Assembly: GCF_018379785.1 (NCBI RefSeq)
Contig: NZ_JAGZUV010000011.1
Span: 17,788 to 81,787, forward strand
Length of the DNA: 64,000 nucleotides
Direction: 5' to 3'
DNA from: Desulfovibrio sp.
GTDB lineage: Bacteria > Desulfobacterota > Desulfovibrionia > Desulfovibrionales > Desulfovibrionaceae
The translations under genes and the position numbers were made by a program. Position 1 is the stretch's first letter. Every line of letters starts with the position of its first letter. Below, one piece after another: positions 43,421 to 53,500 of the stretch. The notes below the pieces were generated by a model. The model was not told the DNA's origin, did no database searches, and worked only from the letters and a program-made list of their open reading frames with translations.

Positions 43421-46399
43421 ATGTTTCACAGATATCTTGCCGCTGCCCTGCTTTTGCCCGCCTCGTTCGCGGTTCACGGTTCCCTGCGGGTCTGGCTGAA
43501 GACCATCCGGATGGGGAAACACGCATTCTTTTCCCAGGTGATAAAAAAGGGATCCGCGCAGATCAGCCGCCCGGACTCCTTCGCGCGCGCCCTGCTGGTC
43601 TATTATCCCATGAAGACGGGCATGGAGATCCTGCACGCCGGCAGCCTGCTGCCCGTGTTGAAAAAGGCCTGGCGGATCACACGACTGCGGCTTGCGGGCA
43701 GCGTGGCAACGCGCCCGGACCCGTTGGATACCTGGAGCGACAGACGGCCGCCCTTTGTGCCGCCAGAGCACATTTTGGCGATGATCCGCGACCCCGACGT
43801 CAAAACCGTCAGCTTTGACGTCTTTGATACCTTGCTGCTGCGCCCCGCGCTGCAGCCCAAGGACATCTTCCATCTGCTGGCCCGAAAAGTGGACGCCGCC
43901 CACGGCGTGGACTTTATCAAACTGCGTTGGAATGCCGAAGCGGAACTGGGAAAAGCCAACGCCGACATCCATCATATCTACGCCCACATAGTCCGGCGGC
44001 ATAAGCTGGACCCCGCCACGGCGGAAGCACTGCTGGCGGAGGAAATCCATTGCGAGACAACGCTGCTCTCTCCCAGGCCGGACGTCGAAGACCTGTATCG
44101 GGAGGCCGTGCGCCTTGGGAAACGAGTCATAGCCGTTTCAGACATGTACCTGCCCGGAACCGTTCTGGACGATATTCTGAAAAAGAAAGGCTGCGGGATG
44201 GACGCTGTGTATGTTTCCTGCGACCATGATGCGCGCAAAAGCGACGGCGCGCTGTATGATGTCGTCCTGAGCAGTGAGAAAACCCTTCCTTCGGAAATTC
44301 TGCATGTGGGCGACAACTACCAATCCGATTACGTCCAGGCCGTTCAGAAGAACATCAGCGCGGTCTGGCTTCCTTCCATTCAAACGTTGTGCTTCTCCAA
44401 CGAGGCGGTCCGCGAGGCTCTTTTCGGCAAAGCCGTGCGCCGGGAACCTCTCTGGAGCATTTTTCTGGGTCTCAGCCTGAACAGGCTTTACGGCGGAGGT
44501 TGCCGAACTCCCGAGCATATTGCGGAGTTGAAGGACATTCGGCAGTTTGCGGAGCTGACGCTCGCCCCTCTGGTCACGGCCTTCGGCCTTTTTCTTGCCA
44601 CGGCCAGGGACATTCAGCAGGCCTACAAATCCATCCACTTCGCTTCCCGTGACGGCTGGCTGCCCCACAAGGTGTACACCTTGGTCCGGGATTGTCTGGG
44701 AGGCGTGCCGGGCGTCTACTTTCATGCGGGCCGCCGCGCTTACTACCCTTTTCTGCACGACACCTTTTTTGACTTCGCGGCCTCGCTGAGTCAGGCCGCC
44801 AACATGGAAACATATACTCTGCAGGATTTCCTGGAGGCCTGGTTCAAGGATGAGGACCTGCTCGACCGCCTGGGGAAAGGTCTTTCCCCGGCGGAAGCGG
44901 CTCTGCCTTTCTTCCTCCGCAAGGTCGAATGCCTGCGAATCCTGCGGCGTTTTGAAAAAGAGATCGCGGACTGCATGTGCGCAAAGCGGACCAGAGCGCA
45001 GGCTTATTATGACAGAGTTTTCGACTCGTCGGAAAAGCGGCATCTGGTGTTTGACCTGGGATACTCCGGCAGTATCGGCAAAGCTCTTGCCGCTGTCACG
45101 GGAAAACCGGTGGACAAAATATATTTCTGGGAAGAACCGGAAAACAGGGCGCTCGACCGGACATCCGGCTCAACGACGCGTCTTTTCATGAAAGACGGAG
45201 CCTATGTTCCCTATCACCTGGTGCTGGAGGAACTCTTCTCACCTTGTGAAGGCGGTGTCACCGGCTTTGACGCCCAGGGAAATCCCGTGCTTGAAAGCCT
45301 GACCGGCAGTCATGCGCATGAAGAGGATCTGGCCGCCGCGCACGCGGCCTGCCTTGAATACGCCGAACAATTTTGCGCGATACTGGGAGAATACGCCCAA
45401 TATGCCGTGCCGCACGCCCCCGGAGCGGCCATGGACGTTTTCCGAGCCCTGCTGAACGACGCTCCCTTCTGCAACGCGGGCGTGTTCAAAAACATCGTTT
45501 TTCCGGACCCGGTCTACAGAAGAAGCGCCAATTCCCTGGAAAAGAAACTGGAAATCCATCTGCCCTGCCCGACGGTTTTCTCGGGCACCGGCTTCAACAA
45601 TCCGCGCAAGACCTTCGTCAGCCGCTCCCGCCCGCGCGGCGGCTGCCGGATCGGCATGCATCTGCATCTGTACCATGCGGGCGTGGCGCATGAGATCATA
45701 CGTTATCTGCAGGACTTCCCCGCGCCTTTCGACCTCCATATCACCATTACGGACGCGTCGTTCGCGGCCACCGCGCGAAACCTGTTCAGCCGGGCTTTCC
45801 TTCCCCTGGTCCGGGAAGTGCGCGTGCTCACTGTGCCCAACCGCGGCAGGGACGTGGCTCCTTGGGTGCTGGGCATGCGTCCGTACCAGGCAGGGTATGA
45901 TCTCTTTTGCCATATCCACAGCAAGGAATCGGCGCATATCGGTTTCGGGGACGAGTGGCGGGCCTATCTCTTCGACAATCTGATCAGATCCGACAGCGTT
46001 GCGGAAATCATCAGCAGTTTCGAGAACGATCCGGGCCTGGGCTGCCTCTTTCCGGCCATTCATCCCAAGGTGCGGCAGGTCATGACCGGCGTAGGAGCTC
46101 CGCTGTACGGTTCCGAACATGAGTATGCCGTCATTTGCGACATGCTGCGCAGAATGAAGCTGGGCGGGGAAATCTGCCGGTCAGAGCTTTTTTTCTCCGT
46201 GGGCACCATGCTCTGGTATCGTCCGCATGCCCTCCGGCAGCTCTTCGCCTGCGAACTGCACCTTGAAGAGTTCGCGGCCGAACCCATAGGCGTGGGCGGA
46301 ACCCTGGCCCACGCCCTGGAACGCCTGCCCGCCCTGATTGCTGTGCGCAACGGCTATACAGCCCAAAGTCTGACCCGCCATGCCGCGTTTCCGGCATAG
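43421..46399 (+). CDS. HAD-like hydrolase domain fused to rhamnan-synthesis-protein-F (RgpF)-like glycosyltransferase domain
   Basis: 992 aa from MFHRYLAAALLLPASFA...; HAD motif VSFDVFDTLLLR; C-terminal LHLYHAGVAHEI...FDLHITITD...YDLFCHIHSKES resembles RgpF family; start chosen inside ORF 43016..46399. Confidence 0.6.
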   Translation: MFHRYLAAALLLPASFAVHGSLRVWLKTIRMGKHAFFSQVIKKGSAQISRPDSFARALLVYYPMKTGMEILHAGSLLPVLKKAWRITRLRLAGSVATRPDPLDTWSDRRPPFVPPEHILAMIRDPDVKTVSFDVFDTLLLRPALQPKDIFHLLARKVDAAHGVDFIKLRWNAEAELGKANADIHHIYAHIVRRHKLDPATAEALLAEEIHCETTLLSPRPDVEDLYREAVRLGKRVIAVSDMYLPGTVLDDILKKKGCGMDAVYVSCDHDARKSDGALYDVVLSSEKTLPSEILHVGDNYQSDYVQAVQKNISAVWLPSIQTLCFSNEAVREALFGKAVRREPLWSIFLGLSLNRLYGGGCRTPEHIAELKDIRQFAELTLAPLVTAFGLFLATARDIQQAYKSIHFASRDGWLPHKVYTLVRDCLGGVPGVYFHAGRRAYYPFLHDTFFDFAASLSQAANMETYTLQDFLEAWFKDEDLLDRLGKGLSPAEAALPFFLRKVECLRILRRFEKEIADCMCAKRTRAQAYYDRVFDSSEKRHLVFDLGYSGSIGKALAAVTGKPVDKIYFWEEPENRALDRTSGSTTRLFMKDGAYVPYHLVLEELFSPCEGGVTGFDAQGNPVLESLTGSHAHEEDLAAAHAACLEYAEQFCAILGEYAQYAVPHAPGAAMDVFRALLNDAPFCNAGVFKNIVFPDPVYRRSANSLEKKLEIHLPCPTVFSGTGFNNPRKTFVSRSRPRGGCRIGMHLHLYHAGVAHEIIRYLQDFPAPFDLHITITDASFAATARNLFSRAFLPLVREVRVLTVPNRGRDVAPWVLGMRPYQAGYDLFCHIHSKESAHIGFGDEWRAYLFDNLIRSDSVAEIISSFENDPGLGCLFPAIHPKVRQVMTGVGAPLYGSEHEYAVICDMLRRMKLGGEICRSELFFSVGTMLWYRPHALRQLFACELHLEEFAAEPIGVGGTLAHALERLPALIAVRNGYTAQSLTRHAAFPA

Positions 46400-46456
46400 G
46401 CCGGAAACGCGGCATGGCACAACGGCCAGGCGGATAAAAATCTGGAGAGTACCCCC

Positions 46457-47278
46457 TTGTTCCGACTTCTCGACATCCTTGCCGCACCACGCCTGCTGTG
46501 GTGTCACAAAAGCTTATTCCGGCAACTGCTTGTCAGAAACATCAGCACCCGCTATCGCGGCTCAGTACTGGGGCTGATCTGGAGTTTCGCCTATCCTCTG
46601 ATGATGCTGGCGGTCTACACCTTTGTTTTCGGCATCATCTTCAAGGCGCGCTGGGGCGTTGAAACGCTGGACGAAAACAGGGCAGCCTTTCCTCTGATCA
46701 TGTTCTGCGGCCTTGCAGTGTTCAATCTCTTTTCCGAAAGCGTCAATGCCAGCGGCAGTCTTATTGTGAATAATGTCAGCTTCGTCAAAAAGGTCATCTT
46801 TCCTCTGGAGCTGTTGCCCATATGCACAGTGGCCACAGCATTTTTCTTCGGCGCTGCCTGGTTCAGCCTGCTTCTACTGGGAGCCTGCATTTTTCTGCAA
46901 TCCCTGTCATGGACGATGCTGCTTCTCCCTCTGACCCTTGTGCCTCTGCTGCTGTTCACCACAGGGGCGGTATTCGTCATCGCGGCCTTTGGAGCGTATC
47001 TGCGGGATGTGCCCCAGCTTGTGGGCGTGGCGACGCAGATTCTCTTTTTCATGACGCCCATTTTTTACCCGGTTTCTCTGGTACCCGAGCGCCTGCGCTG
47101 GCTGCTGAATCTGAACCCTTTGACGCCCGTGGTGGAGGAAACCCGCAAGCTCTTTCTCTACGGGCAGGAGCCCGACTATATGGTCTGTTTGTGGCTGTTT
47201 CTCTTTTCTCTAGCGGTATTCCAGACCGGCTTTGTCTGTTTCAGCAAAATGAAGAAAGGATTCGCGGATGTGCTCTGA
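46457..47278 (+). CDS. wzm: ABC-2 type polysaccharide exporter permease (Wzm/KpsM-like)
   Basis: 273 aa, ...FRQLLVRNISTRYRGSVLGLIWSFAYPLMML... 6 TM. Confidence 0.85.
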   Translation: MFRLLDILAAPRLLWCHKSLFRQLLVRNISTRYRGSVLGLIWSFAYPLMMLAVYTFVFGIIFKARWGVETLDENRAAFPLIMFCGLAVFNLFSESVNASGSLIVNNVSFVKKVIFPLELLPICTVATAFFFGAAWFSLLLLGACIFLQSLSWTMLLLPLTLVPLLLFTTGAVFVIAAFGAYLRDVPQLVGVATQILFFMTPIFYPVSLVPERLRWLLNLNPLTPVVEETRKLFLYGQEPDYMVCLWLFLFSLAVFQTGFVCFSKMKKGFADVL

Positions 47279-48635
47279 TGCCGAAGCCGTCATTCGCGTG
47301 AGCGACATTGCCAAATTCTTCGAGATATACTCCAAGCCGTCGTATCGTCTCTGGCAGATGATATTCCGGGGCAGACGGCGTTTTTATGAGCCGTTCTGGG
47401 CGCTGCGGGACATTTCCTTCACTGTGGGGCGCGGAGAGTGCGTGGGAGTTATCGGCCGCAACGGCGCGGGCAAAAGCACGCTGCTCCAGATCATTACCGG
47501 CACGCTCGCCGCTTCATCGGGATGCGTCGACGTGAAAGGCCGTGTGGCCGCCCTCCTGGAACTGGGCAGCGGCTTCAACCCCGAATTCACGGGCCGCGAG
47601 AACGTCTACCTCAATGCCTCCATCCTCGGCCTGACGCGGGAAGAAACAGACTCCCGCTACGACGACATCGTGGCCTTTGCGGACATCGGCGACTTCATCG
47701 ACCAGCCGGTCAAAAGCTACTCCAGCGGCATGGTGGTGCGCCTGGCCTTTGCCGTGGTGGCCCATGTGGACGCTGACGTGCTGATCATCGACGAGGCCCT
47801 GTCTGTAGGCGATGCCTTTTTCACGCAGAAATGCATGCGCTTCCTGCGCCGCTTCATTGCCGAGCGCACCGCGCTTTTCGTCAGCCATGACACTGCCGCC
47901 GTAAACAGCCTGTGCAACAGGGCCATCCTCATGGAACACGGGCGGATAAAGCAGATGGGCAGACCCAAGGACGTGACGGAAACCTATCTGAAAGATATGT
48001 ATGAAGCGCACCAAGGCTCCAGTGCCCCCGTCGTCGAAACATCAGGGGCGACTCCGGCGGAGAAAGACGCGGAGGACAGGGCGCGCGCCTTCACGCCCGA
48101 GGATTTCCGCGACATGCGCGCGGACCTCATCAATGCCAGCAACTTGCGCAATGACATTCAGGTCTTCGTCTTCAACGAACGCAGCGCCGACTTTGGCAAA
48201 AAGGGCGTCACCATCACCGGAGCCGCCCTCCTGGACGGCAGGGGACGCCCACTGAACTGGGTGGTCGGCGGCGAACCCGTGTCTCTGCAAATCACCGTGC
48301 GGGCACACAAGGACATCTTCAGCCCCATTATCGGTTTTTTTCTCAAAAATCGTCTCGGGCAACATATCTTCGGGGACAATACCTTTCTGGCCTACCGGGA
48401 AAAACCCGTGTTGCTGCGCCGGGGGCAAAGCGCTCGTGCGCTTTTTTCCTTCGTCATGCCCATCCTCGAAACCGGAGACTACAGCTTTTCCATTGCCGTG
48501 GCAGAAGGCACGCAAGTAGAACATATCCAGCATGACTGGAAGCACGACGCCCTGGTTCTGAAATCGGTCACCACCAGTTGTCATACGGGCATGGTGGGCA
48601 TCCCCATGCAGTGCATCAGCCTCAACGTCATCTAG
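47268..48635 (+). CDS. wzt: polysaccharide ABC transporter ATP-binding protein (Wzt-like) with C-terminal carbohydrate-binding extension
   Basis: 455 aa, Walker A GRNGAGKST, signature YSSGMVVRLAFA, ~190-aa C-terminal extra domain. Confidence 0.85.
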   Translation: MCSDAEAVIRVSDIAKFFEIYSKPSYRLWQMIFRGRRRFYEPFWALRDISFTVGRGECVGVIGRNGAGKSTLLQIITGTLAASSGCVDVKGRVAALLELGSGFNPEFTGRENVYLNASILGLTREETDSRYDDIVAFADIGDFIDQPVKSYSSGMVVRLAFAVVAHVDADVLIIDEALSVGDAFFTQKCMRFLRRFIAERTALFVSHDTAAVNSLCNRAILMEHGRIKQMGRPKDVTETYLKDMYEAHQGSSAPVVETSGATPAEKDAEDRARAFTPEDFRDMRADLINASNLRNDIQVFVFNERSADFGKKGVTITGAALLDGRGRPLNWVVGGEPVSLQITVRAHKDIFSPIIGFFLKNRLGQHIFGDNTFLAYREKPVLLRRGQSARALFSFVMPILETGDYSFSIAVAEGTQVEHIQHDWKHDALVLKSVTTSCHTGMVGIPMQCISLNVI

Positions 48636-48643
48636 GAGCCGTC

Positions 48644-49516
48644 ATGGAGTTCACAGGAGAACGTTTTGTCCCCCAATGCCAGGGAGAAATTGCGGCCGAA
48701 CACTACCATCGCTATTTTTTCGCTTCGGGTTTCGTCTCCGGCAAGCGCGTCCTGGATATCGCCTCCGGTGAAGGCTACGGTACGCATATTCTGGCGCAAT
48801 CCGCCGCGCACGTCACCGGCGTGGACATTTCCCCGGAAGCCGTGGCCAACGCCACCCAAAAATACGCCGGAGACAGGATCGCCTTCCTTCAGGGCAGCGC
48901 GGCCGTCATTCCCCTGCCCGACGACGCCGTGGACGTGGTAGTCAGTTTTGAAACGCTGGAGCACCTGTGCGAGCAGGAAGCTATGCTCAGCGAAATCAGA
49001 CGTGTTTTACGGCAGGACGGCCTGCTGATCATCTCCACGCCCAACAAGAATCTGTACAGGCGCGACAATGATCGCTTCCATGTCAGGGAGTTGTTCCGGA
49101 AGGAATTCGTTGACCTGCTCAAAAACCGCTTCGCCCATGTTTCCCTGTTGGGGCAGAAGGTCATGTACGGTTCACTGCTGAGCGGCACGGACGGCGAGAC
49201 CTTACTGCTCCGCCAACGGGAAGAAGACGGCGCTGTGGAGCGTATGCCTTTTACGGAACAGGCCAGATATTTCATAGCCCTTGCCGCTAACGGACCGCTG
49301 CCGCCCACTCAGAGTTCGTTTTTCGACTACCCTCTGGAAAAAAGCGATCTGACGGCGCAACTCGCAGAACTGCAAGAACGCCATAACGCGGCGCAAGCGC
49401 GCCTTGAGGCCGTGGAAGCGGCATACACCGCCGTCCTTGCCTCGCGCTCGTGGCGCGCCACGGCGCCGCTGCGTCGCCTGCGGCATCTTCTCAAGGGGAA
49501 ACGGAGCAAAAGCTGA
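48644..49516 (+). CDS. class I SAM-dependent methyltransferase with C-terminal coiled-coil
   Basis: MEFTGERFVP...VLDIASGEGYGTHIL...GVDIS... motif I; AGGAG RBS; C-terminal heptad-like ...LTAQLAELQERHNAAQARLEAVEAAY... Confidence 0.75.
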   Translation: MEFTGERFVPQCQGEIAAEHYHRYFFASGFVSGKRVLDIASGEGYGTHILAQSAAHVTGVDISPEAVANATQKYAGDRIAFLQGSAAVIPLPDDAVDVVVSFETLEHLCEQEAMLSEIRRVLRQDGLLIISTPNKNLYRRDNDRFHVRELFRKEFVDLLKNRFAHVSLLGQKVMYGSLLSGTDGETLLLRQREEDGAVERMPFTEQARYFIALAANGPLPPTQSSFFDYPLEKSDLTAQLAELQERHNAAQARLEAVEAAYTAVLASRSWRATAPLRRLRHLLKGKRSKS

Positions 49517-49555
49517 ATCTGAAACGCCCCGGTGGGGACAATGAGGAGAACATGC

Positions 49556-50110
49556 ATGGAAGTGGAACGCACCGCCATTGACGGCGTCATCATCATAAAA
49601 CCGGACGTGCACGGCGACGCACGCGGCTTTTTTGTGGAAACCTGGCAGCGGGACCGCTATGCCGACATGGGCATTGCCATGCCTTTTGTGCAGGACAATC
49701 ATTCCCGTTCCTCGCGAGGCATTTTGCGGGGCATGCACTTTCAGCGCAAACACCCGCAGGGCAAGCTCGTCCACGTTTCCCTGGGCGCGATCTTTGACGT
49801 GGTGGTAGACATCCGCCCCCATTCGCCCACCTTCGGGCAGTGGACCGGCGTGACACTGGACGCGGGACAGCAGCATCAGCTCTGGCTTCCCCCGGGCATG
49901 GCGCACGGTTTTCTCGCCTTGAGCGACACCGTGCATCTGCACTACAAATGCACGGATTTTTACCACCCCCAGGATGAAGGCTCTCTCCGGTGGGATGATC
50001 CCGACATCGGTATCGCCTGGCCATGCACCGCGCCCATGCTTTCCGTCAAGGACGCCGCCGCACCCTTCTGGCGCGAGGTACGGCAATCCCTTCCGGCGCG
50101 GACGCGCTGA
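49556..50110 (+). CDS. rfbC: dTDP-4-dehydrorhamnose 3,5-epimerase
   Basis: MEVERTAIDGVIIIKPDVHGDARGFFVETWQ...GMHFQ... canonical RmlC. Confidence 0.9.
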   Translation: MEVERTAIDGVIIIKPDVHGDARGFFVETWQRDRYADMGIAMPFVQDNHSRSSRGILRGMHFQRKHPQGKLVHVSLGAIFDVVVDIRPHSPTFGQWTGVTLDAGQQHQLWLPPGMAHGFLALSDTVHLHYKCTDFYHPQDEGSLRWDDPDIGIAWPCTAPMLSVKDAAAPFWREVRQSLPARTR

Positions 50111-50350
50111 ACAGTTTCCTGACGGCGTTCCGCCCGGAGCGCCGTCGCCAGGGCGGTTTACTCTTTGAACGGTAAACGGCCCTGAAGAAACCCTGGATTA
50201 CCCGCACATATTGGGGCCCTGACCCTCAAGCCCTCAAGGGGCTGTCTTCAAGACATCTCTGTTTCCTCCCGCCACACAGCATCTCATCTGCCGCCGCCAG
50301 TTGAACCGCTTTCTCCACATCATTTCCTTCCTGTCGTCGCTACCGAACGC

Positions 50351-50380
50351 CTCACCAATAAAGTGTACCCTATTGTTACA
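50351..50380. other. candidate recombinase crossover site B (..GTGTACCCTATTGTTACA), inverted relative to site A
   Basis: 50363..50388 gtgtaccctattgttacatttttacg matches the reverse strand of site A (gtgtaccctattgttacattttcacg) at 25/26 positions; 139 bp upstream of giant paralog 2 start. Confidence 0.55.
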
Positions 50381-50518
50381 TTTTTACGGACATCTTGTGT
50401 GTGGCTGAAGCTAAGGAAGGCTGGGCTTCAGGCTGAGCACCATGCGATTATCTGTCTAGGATTATTGTAAAAATGAGAAGTTAGGCTTCTCGACTTTTAA
50501 CTCTCTGGAGGAAAACAC

Positions 50519-53500
50519 ATGGCTGTTGAAATTCCTACTTGGTTTGAGGAAAAAAATTATCTCAATAATAAAGCGGTGCAGTTGAACGCCACCAAGTTCA
50601 ACGACAAAACCGATTGGACTGCGGATTCGGCGTTGGCCGCCATTGAAGCCGCGGGCATGAGCGCCTACGAGCATTTCGTCGCCTACGGCAATGTCGAAAA
50701 CATCAGCCCCAATCCCATGTTCAACGTGGCGGAATACCTCGCGGCCAAGGCGGCACAGCTCAACAGCGACCCTGACGAGCCAAAATCCGACTGGACCGAG
50801 GCCGACGTACTGGCGGCATTCAACGACGCCGGTCTGACTGCTTGGGATCATTACACACAATACGGCATGTATGAAGGGATCAACCCCTCCAATCAATTTG
50901 ACGCCAGCGCCTACTTCACAGCCAAGCTGGCGCAGCTTCAGGCTGCCGAGCCGGATAAGGGCTGGACAGAAGAATCCATGCTGGACGCCTTTAAGGAAGC
51001 GGGTCTCAACCCCTTGGAACATTATGCCCAGTACGGCAAGGATGAAGGCCTTTCCGTTCCCCCGGTGCCGTCCGACGAACGGGTCGTCACGGATTTTGAT
51101 CCCTACACTCCTTCCAATCCGGGCGAAACTTTCACCCTGACCACCGGCACCGACCACATTACGGGCACGGCCAACGACGACGTGGTCAACGGCGTGGCCT
51201 CCTCCCTGACCGCCGACCGCACCCTGAACAGCGAAGACGTCATCGACGGCGCGGAAGGCAACGACACTCTGAATGTGGCCATGCAGGGCAATTTCTCCGG
51301 CTTCACCACCGGCTCCATGACCAACGTGGAAAAAGTGGTGCTGACCAACGAAGGCAACATCGCCCGCAGCTTCTCGGCCAAGGGCATTGACGGTGTGAAT
51401 ACCTGGACCCTGAACGACACGGGCGCGGCCGTCAACCTTACCGACCTTTCCGCCGCGGGCGCCACCGTCAATGTGCAGGGTCTCAAGGCGGGCCCGACCA
51501 GCATCGGTTTTACTGCTGACGCCGTAAAGGGCGACAACGACTCGCTGACCCTGGGCCTCAACAATGTGGGCACCGCCAAAGACGGCGACACAGCCGCCAA
51601 GCATGTGGCCATTACCGCCAACGGCATTGAAAATCTGGCCGTGAAGGCCACGGACGACAACTATGTGGATCTGAGCGCCGCCGCTTCTAAAACCGTAACC
51701 GTCTCCGGCTCCGGCAATCTGGATGTCAACAATGTAGCGGCGGGTATGACCAGCTTCGACACTTCGGCCCTCAGCGGCAATGTGACGGCTGATCTGCACG
51801 CAGCCACCGGGCTGGCGATCGTCAAGGGAGGTTCCGGCGACGACACCATTACGGTAACCAACCTTGCCGCCAACGCCGTTATTGAAGGCGGAGCCGGCAA
51901 TGACAGCCTGATCCTGCAAGGCGTCACCAGTACTCTGCAACCCACCATGTCCGGTTTTGAGAATATTACGGCTGATGGCGGCACGCTCACCCTTTCCGGC
52001 AAAAACATGTCCGATTTCAATTCTCTGACCGTGAAGAATGGTGCGCAGGTGACTTTGGCCAATATGGACGCCTCTGCCTTTACCGTCACCGCGTCGGGTT
52101 CTACGGCTGGTTCCGTTTTGTTGAGCGACGCCACCGCGCTTACCTACAATACGGTAAGCAGCAAGACCGACAAAACCTCGGACAGCATCAGCACCACAGT
52201 GACCGCCTCCAAGGCCACCTCGGCCACGGTCAACGTGGGCGAATACACCGAGGTGAACGGGACGCTGAACTTTGGCGCGGCTGTGGATGTGGCCGTGAAT
52301 GTGGCCAGCGGTCTGGGCAGCGACGGCAAGACCGAAATGACCTCTTTTGGCGGTACCCTGACCGCGAACAAAGCCCAGAGTTTTACCGTTAATGCGGAAG
52401 GTCTGCTGGAGGTTTCCACCTTCAATGTGGACGCGGCCAGTTCCGTGCTGGTGGATGCCGCCCAGGGCAGCACGGGCGTGGTAAAAATTCAGGCGAGCAA
52501 GGCCACTGACGTGAGCATTACCGCCGGCTCGGCTATGGCTATCACCGGCAGCTCTTTCTCCAGCGCCCAGAACGTGACCCTGGCCGCGAACAAAGGGCAT
52601 CTCTCCGGCGGCGTGGCACTGGACGCCGTCAACCAGCTCACCCTTTCCGGCGCGGATGCGGCCTCGCAGATGACGCTGGGTGTTCTGGGCTCTTCCACAC
52701 AGGAATACGGCATCACAGTGGACGCCAGCGGCCTGAAAGGCGGGTTGGTACTGGGTAATACTGACGCCGGAACCGGTGATGTGGCCTTGAATCTCGTCGA
52801 CGTGACGGGTGCCGCCGTTGTCGGTACGGTGGACGGCAACAATGTGACCATCCACGCCGCCCAGCTCGGCACGACCACTCTGGGCGCCATTACCGCTACC
52901 GGAGATGTGAACATTGACGCCATGGGCGTGTTGGGCGGCAATGCGGCAGCCGCTGCCTTTACAGCAGGCGCTATTGTTGCCGACAAGGCCATCACGGTGA
53001 ACTTCGACGGCAGCAGCGATATGGCCTTCGGCGCGCTGACTGCCGACACCGTGAACCTGGACGCATCCGGCTATCTGGGTGCCATCACTAACAGCAACGG
53101 CGCCGTCGTTGATGCAGCCATCGGCATGATTACGGCGGATACGGTCGTCATCAAGGGTTCAGAGATCGGCGCGAACACCTTTGGTTCCGCAGCCAATACG
53201 GACAACTTCATAACGGCCGATACCCTTACCTACACCGGCGGCCTGGATGTGGATACGGTATACCTTACCGGCAAGTCCGGCCCGGATATGAATGTGCGCC
53301 TCGACACCGGCGCGGGCAATGACATTGCGAGCCTTACCGCCATTAGCTCCACGACCAAAATCACGGTCACCGGCGATATGGGCGGCGACAACGGCGACGC
53401 GATTAAGGTGGACGGCTCTGCTTCCACCAACGAGATCAACATCAATCTCAGCGGCCTGACCGGTTACAGCACGAGCGACCTCTCCGCAAAAGCTGCCGGC

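Noticed and set aside
50462-52855. 797-aa ORF on the minus strand antisense to giant paralog 2 (and similar long antisense ORFs 51103..53752)
   Set aside because: Arises from high-GC repetitive Gly/Thr/Asp codons on the opposite strand; no RBS, no coherent domain, fully overlapped by a strongly supported plus-strand gene
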